Source: Vermamoeba vermiformis
Lineage: Eukaryota
Direction of reading: 5' to 3'
NCBI GenBank assembly: GCA_045837725.1
Contig: JBEWZL010000098.1
Span: 124,001-188,000 of the forward strand
DNA length: 64,000 nucleotides
Each line of letters opens with the position of its first letter. The first letter of the stretch is position 1. The notes beneath the pieces were generated by a model that had not been told where the DNA came from, did not search any database, and worked only from the letters and a program-made list of their open reading frames with translations. The position numbers and the translations under genes were made by a program. Below are positions 25,527 through 37,511 of the stretch, one piece after another.

Positions 25527-26099
25527 CAAAGATTGCCACAATGAATAGAATGAACGCAAAGAAAAATGGCTTGAATCTTGCCAAAAATGGGTAAATTTTG
25601 ATTGACAGGTCAGTTAGGGCGTCATCCTACCTATCAATAATAAAATAATGACAATATTAGTTCAGATCTCTTGTGTTACTTCGTGCAGCTGCACTTTTCG
25701 CTGTGTACAAGGACGAGTTTGCTAGTTAAACAAGGCTCAGTTCAAACGGAAGTTTCATACGTTTTTATACGTTCGTATACGTTGATATAAGTAAAAATAT
25801 ACGTTTGTTCTGCGGGCATTGAGCCTTCCGAACGCGCGAACGTTAAGAAACGAAAAACATCGAGCAAAATTTGGCGCATACGAAAAATCCCCATCATCCA
25901 TTTGAGCAATCCACAATTAATTCGACCCTCAGCTATCTATAGTATATTATTAATGGTTTATGGTTTATGGTCAGCAATACGCGAAACAAGTTTTTCACTC
26001 GACGTTGTTAAATCTGAAGTTCAAACAATTTTTTGTAAACTTATTTCGATTTGCGATGTCCACGACGTGTAACACTTAACCAGCAACCAATCAACGAAA

Positions 26100-27801
26100 A
26101 TGTCCACGCTAATACTGGATTACAATGGGTTTAACACCAGCGCGTGGACCTTCGCTGCGGATTTGCTGGCAAAAGTGTTGGAACGACCAAATAATATTTG
26201 TTTATCACCCTTTAGCGTGCAAACCTGTAAGTACAACCCATAAATTTTTTAATAATCATGACAATCCAAAAATACGAGATCCAAATATCTTATGATAACA
26301 TTCCATTTTTATTCTGATTCAATCAGTTAATTAGAATATAAATAGTACGCATATTTAGATACTATATTTATTGAATATCTATACCATTAGGTTTTGCTTT
26401 GATTACCGAAGCAGCGGATGGAGACACGAAAAAACAGCTCATGGATGTGCTTAAATTCCCCGCAGACTATTTAACGCAATTCTCCGATATCTTGGACGCA
26501 ATTGACCAATCAGAATCGACCATTAAGATCGCTAATTCATTTTGGCTCAACGACAACTTCAAACTCAACAAAGAATTCATGTCAAAAATTTTAGAAAATT
26601 TCAAAGACGCAGAAGGCAGCGAATGCAATTTTAGTAGTGAAGATCAGAGGTCAAAATACGTATTAAAAATTAATTCGTGGGTCAGACAAAAAACTACAGG
26701 CCACATCCAAAAAATCATTCAGCACATAGATCCAGACGCAACTTTATTATTGGTACGTAGCACTATAATACTATAATTATATTATATTACCATATTTGGC
26801 TAACAATTAACGTTTCCAACGCTAGATTAATGCGGTATATTTTGATGGCATTTGGAAACACGCGTTCAAAGCGGAAAATACGATTAAAAATGCGGAATTT
26901 CGCGGACTAGACAGCAAACAGACTATCAAGACAGCAATGATGACGCAAGAGACGAAGCTCAAGTTCATCGAACATCAAGATTTTAAGGCCGTGATGTTGC
27001 CCTATGAAGGCGATGACACGTGCTTGTACGCGATATTACCTTCCAAATTAGGAAAAGAAGGGTTAGATCACGTGCTTTCTAGTGAATTTTTGACAGAGTT
27101 TTTGACGCGGCACAAAGAACAAATGAAACAAGAGACCGTTAACGTGAAATTTCCCAAATTCAAGTTTGTTAATGACTACGAAATGGTGCCTATATTAAAA
27201 TCAATGGGCATCGAGGATGTGTTCGATGACAGAATTGCGGATCTGAACAAATTGGTCGTGGGAAAAAGGTAAATTTTTTGCCTCACAAGTTAGACTATGA
27301 TTCTAAATTTAATCGCAATTTAATTTCTATATTGGACTCAAAATAGCGATGCTTAACATAACTTCTTATTAGGGGTTATAATATTGACGTTATTTGACGC
27401 GAAGATTTTTTTTTTCCAAATATAGTAATTTAATGTTTTTTCCTTACAGCGAAGGCCTGTGCGTGTCGCAAACGATTCACAAAACATTTTTTGAAGTCGA
27501 CGAAGAAATGACCAAGGCATCGGCCGTGGCAATCGAAAACGAGCTGTATAGTCATGACAACAGGTTAGAACGAGCTCGTAGCTTTGGTACCAAAGCAAGA
27601 AAACGCAAGCAAATGATGATAGTTAAAGAATTCAATGCCAATCGACCATTTGCATTCATTGTCTATCATCACCAGACTCAACAGATTCTATTTTTGGGCA
27701 AAATAATAGATCCGCTACACAAAGGTGATAACGATAAGAAACGTGCTGTTAATAGTATAGCTGAACTCACGGACGAGAATACAACCAAGAAAAAGAAGTA
27801 G
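26100..27801 (+). CDS. Serpin (intracellular) with extended reactive loop and basic C-terminal tail
   Basis: NICLSPFSV, INSWVRQKTTGHI, INAVYFDGIW, LPY, FPKFK, VDEEMTKASA and FNANRPFAFIVYH..ILFLGKI; no signal peptide. Confidence 0.93.
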
Positions 27802-27902
27802 AATTCACTGAACGAACGGTTCACTGAAAATATTTTTCACTGGACCAAATCCGCAAGTTTTTTCAAACCTTTTTTATTATGTACATAATAAATTTAATAG
27901 TA

Positions 27903-30799
27903 TTACAGTACGGTGCTCAAATAAGTCTTTGCAGCAGTTTCGAGCGGAACAATATCAATGCCACCAAGTTCTTTCTTGGCCCAATTCTTTGCTTTCTTGG
28001 CCACAAGGTCCCACAGGCTCTTCAATTCACTGAATTTGAGTTCAAACAGCACTGCGACCATCAACGTCACCGCTGCTGCCTCGCTCTTGGCACTGACGTC
28101 AATGTTGCACTGTTTCAAGATCTCGCGCACTTTGTCCAACTTCGCTTTCCGTGCGAGTGAGTTGAGCGCTTTCATATCAAAACTACCGCTGAACGCTTGT
28201 TGTTGAATCACTGCGCGCACTGCTTCTTTGTCGGCAGGGTTCGAGGCAGGCTTTGACGGCACCAGCATGTCAAAGTCATCATTGGGCACGTAACTTTGCT
28301 CTGACTTTTCTTTATCTTTATCTTTTGCCCCAACTCGCGATTGTCGTGGCTGCTGTTGTTGGAATTGCAGGCCAAATAATTCTGCTCCGCCACCGTTTCC
28401 TTCTGCTAGGCTGCTAGAAGATGATAAAAATCCACTTCTTGAGCTGCGACGAACGCTGCCAGTGGAAGGTGGAGATGGAGGTGCACCTCCGGGCGCCATG
28501 CCCAGCAAGTCCATTTGACCGTCAATAAAACCAAAGGAGGGAGCTCCTATAGGAGGACCCATTGCCATAGGAGGTAGAGGCACACCGTTGAAACCTCCGC
28601 CTCCACGACCACTCTTTGCGTATAGCCCGGGACGTCCAGGATGACCGATTTGGACCGGTCTCATTGAGCCTGTTGTGGCCTCTCGTCTCTTTTCAACAGC
28701 AACAAACGCTGTTAACTTGGACATGACTAGAACAAATGAGATTAACCTACGGTCAACAAATGACACGTGTCATCAAAACTTACCTTGATTGGACAGCGAG
28801 AGTTGAATAATTGCGTCATCAACATCCTTTTGCTTGACTTTGTTACTGAGAGTACCGTCGTCATTGTGCATGCTGCTGTGGCCCGTCGACAAGTCATCGA
28901 TCATCACGCGCGCAGCCAGTTTTGAGATGAAGTCTCCTTCAACCTTTTCGTCGAAATTGATTGAGACATTAGCGGTGTATTTGCCCTTGGGACCCTTAGC
29001 AGTGAACGTCACATTGTGTGTGCCGGAGGTGCTTGCAGGGACGAAGGTGTAGAACACAATATGACTGCCCGCAAAGAGTGGCGGGCAATGGTACGGCGCT
29101 GTGTTGATCACATTGAGCGAGCCCCAGTCCAACTTGGGATCAATCAACGCAGGCTTCAATGCGTGGCTCAAGTGTCGCATGACTTTATCTTCCATGTCAT
29201 TGTTGTCTGTGATGATTTCGTGACGTCCGTTACCAGCCTTGGCCATGTCTTTCACGAGATTTCCATCGGCTTCTCGGCCAATACCGAATGTGAAGACACG
29301 CGTTGTCTTGGCGTATTTTTTCACCATATCAACGCACTCGTCTTTGTTGTTGACTTCACCGTCTGTCAACAAAAAGATTTGACGCGGCACACCTTCGATC
29401 AGCGGTTCACTTAACACTGACTTCATTGGCTCGATGATGTTCGTGCCATTCATATTAGCAAACATCTTTTTGATGTATTCAGTGGCTTCTTTGAAGTTCT
29501 GTTCGTTGTACTTAACCGACTGTTGGAACTTCTTTTCAAACTTGGTTCCAAAGCCTGAATGTGCTTAGTTAATTATGCTACGTATAACTGCACTCATTAC
29601 TTACTGACGATATTAAATAAAGTGCCTTCGGGAAGTGACCGCATGAACAGATCCAATGTTTCCTTAACTAAGGGATGCTTATATTAGTATCATATTACCG
29701 TAGTATTGTATCTTAATCATACCTCGTCTCATCTTGTCTCCAGCCATTGATCCCGATCGATCCACGACGAACACAATTTCAGAGTAGATGTCATCTTCGT
29801 TGACTTCAGGGTAGAATGACACCATCGCCACGGACTGCTTCTCATTCAAAGTTTGCACGCGAGCGGTGGGCTCGTGTTCTTTGTCCAGTTTCATGCGCAG
29901 TACCCAGTGCTTGATGAGCGGAAAGCCTGTCGCAATGTGAATGCCTGCAGTGGCTGTGTGTTGGCCTGTGTACGATAAAGGAATGGTGGATTCTGCAGCG
30001 TGCGAGGGTGAAGTCAACGATACAATAGGAGATCGCATTTGAATAGTCGCATTGACCTGAAATTTCAATAAATTAGGAGACGTTACAAAGTAGATCTGGC
30101 TGCGGCAATGTTACCTTGACGCCATAAGGTACAACGTCATCAAAAGTGTCGTATTTTGGCTTTTCAAATAGCTTGGTGCTGCCGCGGCCATTGGGAGCGT
30201 TCTGTGTCGTCGGCATAACAAACTCCAATTCGCCATCCACATATTCGAGTTTTTGAACGTAGACAATTGTGATGAGAACACCTTTACCTGGCGGTAAATT
30301 TCCTACAGATGTTTGAAAGCGAGTATCGCTGGTTTGCTCGAGCAGGTAAGCACCTAGCAGATTTAGAAATTATTTTAGATTTTGGATTAATTTAATGAAA
30401 CTTACCATGCCCTTCGGCAATGGCATCGTCATAAATTTGTTGAGCTTGTTCTTTTTCTTTAATTTTAGCGTTGATTACTTTGCCGTCAACCTCGATCTTA
30501 AAACTGGTGACAGCTGCATCTTCTGGCAAAGGATATTCATAGATAGCTTCGATGGGCGAGGAATCCTATTGCATTTAATTAGTAATTATTATTTAAATTT
30601 CGTTGGATCGGAGATCAAAGATAAGAAATCAAGTGTCACAGCAACTTACTTGATTTTCATAGCGCTGCTTTAATTCCACTTGCGCTACCGAGTCAACAAT
30701 CTTCACGGTAGAGGAGGCTCCAATTAACGGAAGAGGGGTGAGTTGCCAGTTGCCCCACTGGTCGCAACAGTAGCCGTACAAAATTCCTGCGAGACACAT
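27903..30799 (-). CDS. VIT-vWA domain protein (VWA5A-like)
   Basis: VIT domain (PIEAIYEYPLP..AVTSF, GAYLLEQ, FQTSVGNLPPG), MIDAS VVDRSGSM, LLTDGEV, RVFTFGIG and a C-terminal W.LVAKKA..W helix. Confidence 0.92.
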
Positions 30800-30956
30800 G
30801 GTCGATTGTTAGAAGTTAATGTTCAAAAACAAAAGCACAAATGCAATAAATACTTTTTGCGAATCACACTTGATTGAGTGGTGTAAGAAAATAGCTGGAA
30901 CATTTTCAACACCTATGTAGGTAGAAACGTCTAATTTCCTAATTTAATCTTCGTAA

Positions 30957-32530
30957 TTAGAACATCAAGAGAACAGCGCCGAGGATGAACGGCGTGACAC
31001 TCGCTGCAGTGACACGAATGACGCTGCTGGTCTTCTTTGATGGAGTGGCAGCAGGGCACGTCACAGTAGCACTGCACGTGACATCTTTTGCAGCGTAGGG
31101 CCGAGACAAAACAACGGTAGCTTGGTACTTGTTATCCTTGAAGGTCACGTTCTGGTACTGCGCTTCAACCGCACCACAATCAGCATCGTTCTGCGTGTAG
31201 AGGACGAGCTTGTTGATGTCCACAGAGTTGCAGTCATTCAACGTGAGGTCTTTGCACGTCGCGTTAATAGGGTCAACGATGCATCTGGGGAAGTAGTACG
31301 GCAAGCAGTGGTAAAAGCCGCTAATTGATTCGTCCATCTCGCAGCTTACAATTAACGCATCGCCGTTGTTGTTCAGACCAAAACCGTTGCCAAAATAGGC
31401 ATTAGTAGTGTTCGATATTTCAAACCTAATCTTCGCGCTCCACACACCATCAGCGTTGCGTTGGAGCATATAAGCATTTCCGAAAGACCCGGTATCAGCT
31501 TGCACGCCACGTTTGTACGCACGATTCAATTGTCCAGGAGCTCCAACCAAAACGGTGTCTGAGTTAACTATGTAAGAGGTGTACCCGAGATTTGGAGGGT
31601 TAGAATTTCCAACACCAAGATCATCGCCCAAGATGACTTGATACTTCCACACGCCATTGATCTTCGAGATGAACAGGATATAGCCATTGCCAACGTCCAA
31701 ACTGCCGAGACGAGGGTCGTTGGAGTTTGCGCTGAAAAACACCACTGTCTTTTCGTCGACAAGCAACGAGCCTATGCCAAAGCCGGCGAGCACATTGTAG
31801 CTCTCATTGACTTGATGCGAGTCCACAAAGTCCCATTGAAGGCCATTACGTCTGTAGATGAAGAAGGCTCCCGTAGCATTCCAGAACAAGAGATGCGTGT
31901 CGGTGAGGTGCGGCAAAGACACAGGGAATCCATAAGTAATGGCGCTCTCAAAGTCAGTGCGGCGCAAGTCCCAGCCAGTTCCGTTGTAAGTGTAGGTCAG
32001 CAGAAAATCGTTCATACCAATAACTACTGAATCGTCGGCGAGCACTTTGAAAAGTCGCGGAACGCCGAAGCTATCAGCATTGATAAAGCTAACATTTTTC
32101 ATTTGATTGTTGGCATCAAGCTGGAACAAGATGAAAATCGCGACATCCAACTTGCTGCACCACCATTTACCATTGGATGAGGGCACAGAGGGAAGAGTTG
32201 CTGTAAAGTTTGTGGTGTAGTTGAAATATGCGTTATATTTTTGGCTTCCAGCATCGAACTTAAACACAGTCAAGGCGCCATTATTGTCGGTTGTTGCAGG
32301 GGATTTTTGAGCGTTTGCAAAAATATAGTCTCCAATGAAAGAACATTCAGCGATTTTATTCTCAGTGGTTCCGAAGCTTTCGGCTCTCGTCGCACGTTTG
32401 TTGGATGTTAAATCCATAGTCTAAAAATTAAATTATTTTCCACTGCATTTGTGTGTTTGAAGCTTACCTCTATGCAGTAAACATATTCTACCGCTAAAAG
32501 ACATATTACCCATAGCGGATTTAGTCTCAT
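30957..32530 (-). CDS. Secreted/GPI-anchored FG-GAP-like beta-propeller protein
   Basis: Signal-peptide exon at 32530-32468, NLGY..VLVGAPG and YFGNGFGL..ALIVS repeats, a Cys-rich stalk, many N-x-T/S sites and a hydrophobic C-terminus. Confidence 0.7.
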
Positions 32531-32694
32531 CTTTGTTGACTTGCTGAAAGCGTTGCAAAAAATTAACGGCCAAAAAGATCAGTTTTTTATTTGACCAAAA
32601 AAGGATATTATGATTGACATCTATTGGATTGCTTTAATAATATTCAACTATAAAAGTCAAATACTTACTGGTCAGTACTTAACACGGGTGAGGG

Positions 32695-34141
32695 TTAGTG
32701 GCGATATTTTTTCTTTGATCTGCCTCGGTTCTCATCCTCGTAGTCATCTCGCCCTCGTTTAGTACCAACAGCAGCTGAATAGGGTTCTACAGTCAATACT
32801 CTACCAATAAATAATATTTGCTCCGTCGAATGATGAAACACTATGAACAAAAAAGGACGATCGGCGTTGAACACTTCATAGTCTTTTGGACCGCGACTTC
32901 GACTGCGCACATCAACCTTAGTGACGGCAGCTGCTTTAGTGCCTTCTTCATCGACCTGAATGAACGTGCTGTGAAGTGCTTGTGACACGCAGGATGTATT
33001 TCGTCTTCATAATTATTGTTAGTATGAGCTTGACTGCTTAGAGTAGTTACTTACTCGTGTGTTAATTTGGATAAATCCGCTTTGTCATTATCGAACAAGT
33101 CTTTCAATCCCAATGACTTGAGAAGAGGGATCAGATCATGCAAGCTGTCAAACTTCAATTTAGGAAGCGACAGTTCAACTTTGCTCTTCTTCATTGTGTG
33201 CCTATGCACTGTAAAAAATTCGTGCAAAAAGTGTGCCGATGTTACGTGCTCGAACTCTGTGGTTGTGTTGCTGCTTGGGAGAATGATGAACATGCTCGTG
33301 TCGTCACCCTTGTAAGGCAGTGATATGGCACTAAATTGCAAGGTATTGATTATAGGTACGAAGCACTTTGATGGCTCTAAGTGCATCATGCTCGTTCTAA
33401 CTCTAGAGGCATTATCAAGAGTGCAAAAGTCAGCACCTCTGGTGTCAGTGGCCTCGAACTTGAATTTCCATTCTGCCTCAAAATAGACCGCGTTGAGCTA
33501 ATAATAAACATTAGTAAATTATTGATTTATTAATTAGATGTTCGTACCAGTATCAGCAGTGTTTGTGGATCAATTTGTTGGACTACATTTCGGATGTGGC
33601 CGTCGGTTTTCTGTTCAACCCAGTGGTTGATCCTGTCAATTGACCGCTTATTGTCGCCTATAAAATCGCATGACGATAACTCAGCGTCAACAAACGACTT
33701 CAGCAAAACAGTTTTATAAGCGACATCTAACTTTTTGCGATCTGTCATCCACAAAGAATTAGCTAGCTTAACGACAGCATGAGATTTTTTAATGTTAGTG
33801 AGGAAAGCCTCAACGTGAGCTAAGTAACCTTCGTAAAAACCAAAAACACTCATTAGTTCGTTTCTGGTGTTATTATCTGCTCCCTCAACTAGCATCGCAA
33901 AACCTAGTAGAAAATATTAGTATAATTCAGTAATGGAATTATGATTTTTTAAACAGATTAGGTCGTAAAGTAAAAATAAAATTAATTTTTAATGGATGTA
34001 CTTACAAAGGGCAATACTAATCGGTGCTACACAAATATTGTCTGTACTATTTTTGTTTTTCATAACTTCGAACAAGCGAGTGCCGAATGACATAACACTG
34101 CCCGACAACGAGTTTACACTAGCTTTGTTACTATTATCCAT
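32695..34141 (-). CDS. Serpin (intracellular) with canonical hinge, predicted P1-P1' Arg-Ser, basic C-terminal tail
   Basis: NICVAPISI, INHWVEQKTDGHI, LNAVYFEAEW and VDEEGTKAAAVTKVDVRSRSRGP..FNADRPFLF. Intron positions match the 26100 serpin. Confidence 0.93.
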
Positions 34142-34318
34142 GGTGTCTTATGGAGCTGTATTTTTAAACTGTGTTGGTTTCTTAGCCTGTGCTTTTGTTT
34201 TTTAGATTTATGGTCGCATGTGCGTTGGTGCAAAGAAAATGCCAAGCAGACGCCACGAAGATTTTTGAAATAAAAATACGAATAATATTTATTTACCGAC
34301 AGTGCATTAGTAAAGGCT

Positions 34319-35528
34319 TTATTGAGGTAACCGCATCTTGGTTCCGTACCATTTGCTGTAATTCGAAGAGGTTAGTAATAATAAATAAATGACGCTGACA
34401 TCCGTGTGCAGTCACAAACTTACCTCTTTAAGTAATAATAGAAGAAGTCGCAGTAGAGAGCAGTCTGCACGAGTCCTGCAATCCACACAATCCACTCGCT
34501 GTATTCAGGCTCGGTGGCCAAGCGGTAGATCCAGTTGATGAGATATAAGGCACGATAACCGCCCAATGTGAACATGTAGTCATATGTGATCGTGTCCACA
34601 TCACCTGTAGCTTGCAACATGACTAATTGCGGGAAGATTGCCACGGCCTCGAGGTAGATCGAGAACGCCCACATGATCTAAAATTAACACAGTTAGGTTA
34701 CTTCACTTATAAGCTATACCAGCAGTATAGCTTAGTATAGAGTAGTTGTACTATATTTGGCAACATTATTGCCCTAGTATTGCTTAATAAGGCTAAAAAT
34801 CTCGACGTACCTCCCACAGCGTGAATTTCTTGTTGAAGATAAAGGCGAGGACGAGACAGGGTACAATCAAGTAATACAACGGCATCTTATCGTTCTCGCG
34901 GTTATATGACTTTTTGTACTTGGTAGTGATCATGTAGATCGTGCCATAAGTCGCGGCTAAGAAAATGAGTTTCATAATAATGAGGTAGGCTGAGATCCAG
35001 TTCCAGAATAAGTCCAAATAGCGGCATGTGAATACAATAGCGTACAAGATTTGAGTCTTCAATGAAATACCTGTTCATTAATGAATTAGAAAAAGAAATA
35101 GCGGTGGAAAAATTTTTGCTATCAATATGCAATTAATACTTTCAAATATTGCGATAAAATTTGCGTGCGATAAATAAAAATACATTGCAGCAAATAATTT
35201 TGCAGAAAGAGGGTATTTAGTCGAGATCTACTAGTCAAAAATAAAGAAAATATTTTCATTAACAGAATCTTATTAAATAATACTACTCTTGTAGTATATA
35301 TTATAAAACACGCTTAAATAATTAGTGGAATATTTTTTCAATCCTTAGTAACGTACCTGCGACAGATTTTGATCTGTGAATTTTGTAGAATAGCAACAAA
35401 AAGCTTGACAAATGCAAAAGGTCTCCAATAAATCTAATGAAGTTGAGGTGATATACAGGGCGCAAATTGGTCGCCTTTACGGTATTAAATCCGTCGAAAC
35501 GATTTACGACGAGCTCTCGTTCTGGCAT
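34319..35528 (-). CDS. ERD2: ER lumen protein-retaining (KDEL) receptor
   Basis: RFIGDLLHL, SVAGISLKTQ.LY..VF..RYLD, WAFSIYLEAVAIFPQL, LGGYRALY..NWIYR and GLVQTALYCDFFYYY. Confidence 0.95.
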
Positions 35529-35653
35529 TCTGAACCGTGTATAGGTTAATTATAGTTATTATAGTACTTTAATTTGTACCTTTGTGGTAAAGGATCTGAC
35601 GTCGAGGGAAAATAAAAATTTGCGGGCTTTTCGCTTGTTCAAGTAACGGCACC

Positions 35654-37246
35654 ATGAGCAACACAAAAGCGCAGCACAATCCAGAAGAGAATTTAATTCG
35701 ATATGGCCAGCTCGAGGATGAGCTCGGAGGGTCTATTCGAACTGCAGAACGAAGGCTAAGTCAGGTACCTGACTGATTGAAGATCCACGATCTACCGGAC
35801 AAATTTAACAATTAATATAGGCCATTCATGCAAATAGATTAAAGCAAAAGGAATTACAAAGATTTGATAAAGAATACACCGATTTAGACAAGCTTTTGGA
35901 GGATCTGCCAAAAAAATTATCGCACAAAATAATGGTAAATCGAGCTCTATATTTTTATTACCCTTGTATTCATATTTAGACCAATTTGCACTTAACGCAC
36001 GCCTATTTGGATTTTTTAGAATTATTTGAAATTTTTCTAATATTTATCTATAGGTACCTCTCAGTACTGTAGCATTTATGCCCGGTGAAATATACAATAC
36101 GAACAAAGTTAAAGTATTATTAGGCGAAAATTATTTTGTCAAATGCTCCACATCACACGCACAGTCAATATTGCGCAGACGCCAAGATTGTACGTACTTC
36201 TACTCGTTCAATTAATTATAAGAGGTTAATTAAACTAATATCCGTCTATTATTAGTTATTAAGGAGAGTATGGCACAGATAGACAAGCAATTCAAAGAGT
36301 TGAAGACACGTGTCGGACTTACAACGGAATTGCTAGACGTGTCAGAGGTAAGCACAGTAGCAATAATTTAATAGGCATCATTGAGTATCGTGCATCGAAT
36401 CCGTATTTAATGATTTTGTACTTTAGGCGGACGATCTGGTCGAAATTCGAGAAGATTATAATTCAGACGAAGAGTCAACAGGTACGATCTTATGAGTATC
36501 ATATTGATAGCCCTTTGCGCAATAATCTGATTTTGTTTGGTGATTTCAGTGCCGTTGAAATTAGCGCCAGTATCACAAAAGCCCAAGCCAACAATAGAAG
36601 TGATTTCATCCAAGCCTGCGCAAGATGAGAGCGATGAAGACGACGATGAGAATATGCGCATGATCAACGAGTACTTGCGACGTGAAGAAGCAGATGAGGA
36701 AGAGGATGACAGCGATGAAGAGTATTTCGAACAAGATCCAGGCCCCGTGCAAGGCGTTCAAGAAAAGATGGCAAAACAAACCTTAAATAGCACTAAGCCC
36801 CAGACATCTGCGATTGTTACTGAAAAACAACCACTCAAGTCTGCCATGAAGCAAGCCAAGCCCGTGCTTGAAACAGAGGCAGATCTGGATATGCCTCCCT
36901 TAGTCTCTATTTCAGCGAACTCTGGCAAGGTCGTGGACCAGTTGCCGACTATTAAATCATCCGCGAGTAAGAGTGCGCCTAGTGAACCGAAGCCCGCGAA
37001 GAAAGGTGTCAGTTTTTCGGATCCGTCCCCGTTCAAACCTATCGTGGAAAAACCGATGCAAGATGACGAAGAAGAGGATAGATTTGTTGTAAATATGGTA
37101 AGTGATCCATTACATATCCGTTGCTGAATCATATGTGAGCTCACTGGCACTTTCTGTAGGCGAGTACCGTCAACACTAAGCCCGCAGCTAGCAGCGACGA
37201 GCCTCCAAAACGCGTATCAAAATTCAAGCAACAAATGTCTAAATAA
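35654..37246 (+). CDS. URI1: Unconventional prefoldin RPB5 interactor (URI1/Bud27-like)
   Basis: Alpha-prefoldin motif IMVPLSTVAFMPGEIYNTNKVKVLLGENYF, an acidic stretch, KGVSF and a C-terminal KRVSKFKQ box. Confidence 0.85.
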
Positions 37247-37511
37247 TGTACAGGTATTAAATTTTCATCATTTAATGCATTCAGAGTTCAAATTGACGGA
37301 TCCAACAAAATTAGAAATTTTTTTCGTTATTTCCATAATCCTCAAGTTCTCGAATCGCCTTGCTAATCTTTGCCCCGTAATAATATTGTTCCCTGATCTT
37401 GAGCTCATTTATTGGAAATCTTTTAGCGGAAGGAGCCCTTCCACCCCTCCGCCCCAAAAAATGTTTAAAAATAGCAGTATTGCCGCCTTTCATTTTTCTA
37501 AATAGAACTTC

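Noticed and set aside
35530-35655. Upstream ATG extending ERD2 into the URI1 start
   Set aside because: After splicing it is out of frame and reaches a stop. It is better read as a 5' UTR intron in a compact bidirectional promoter.
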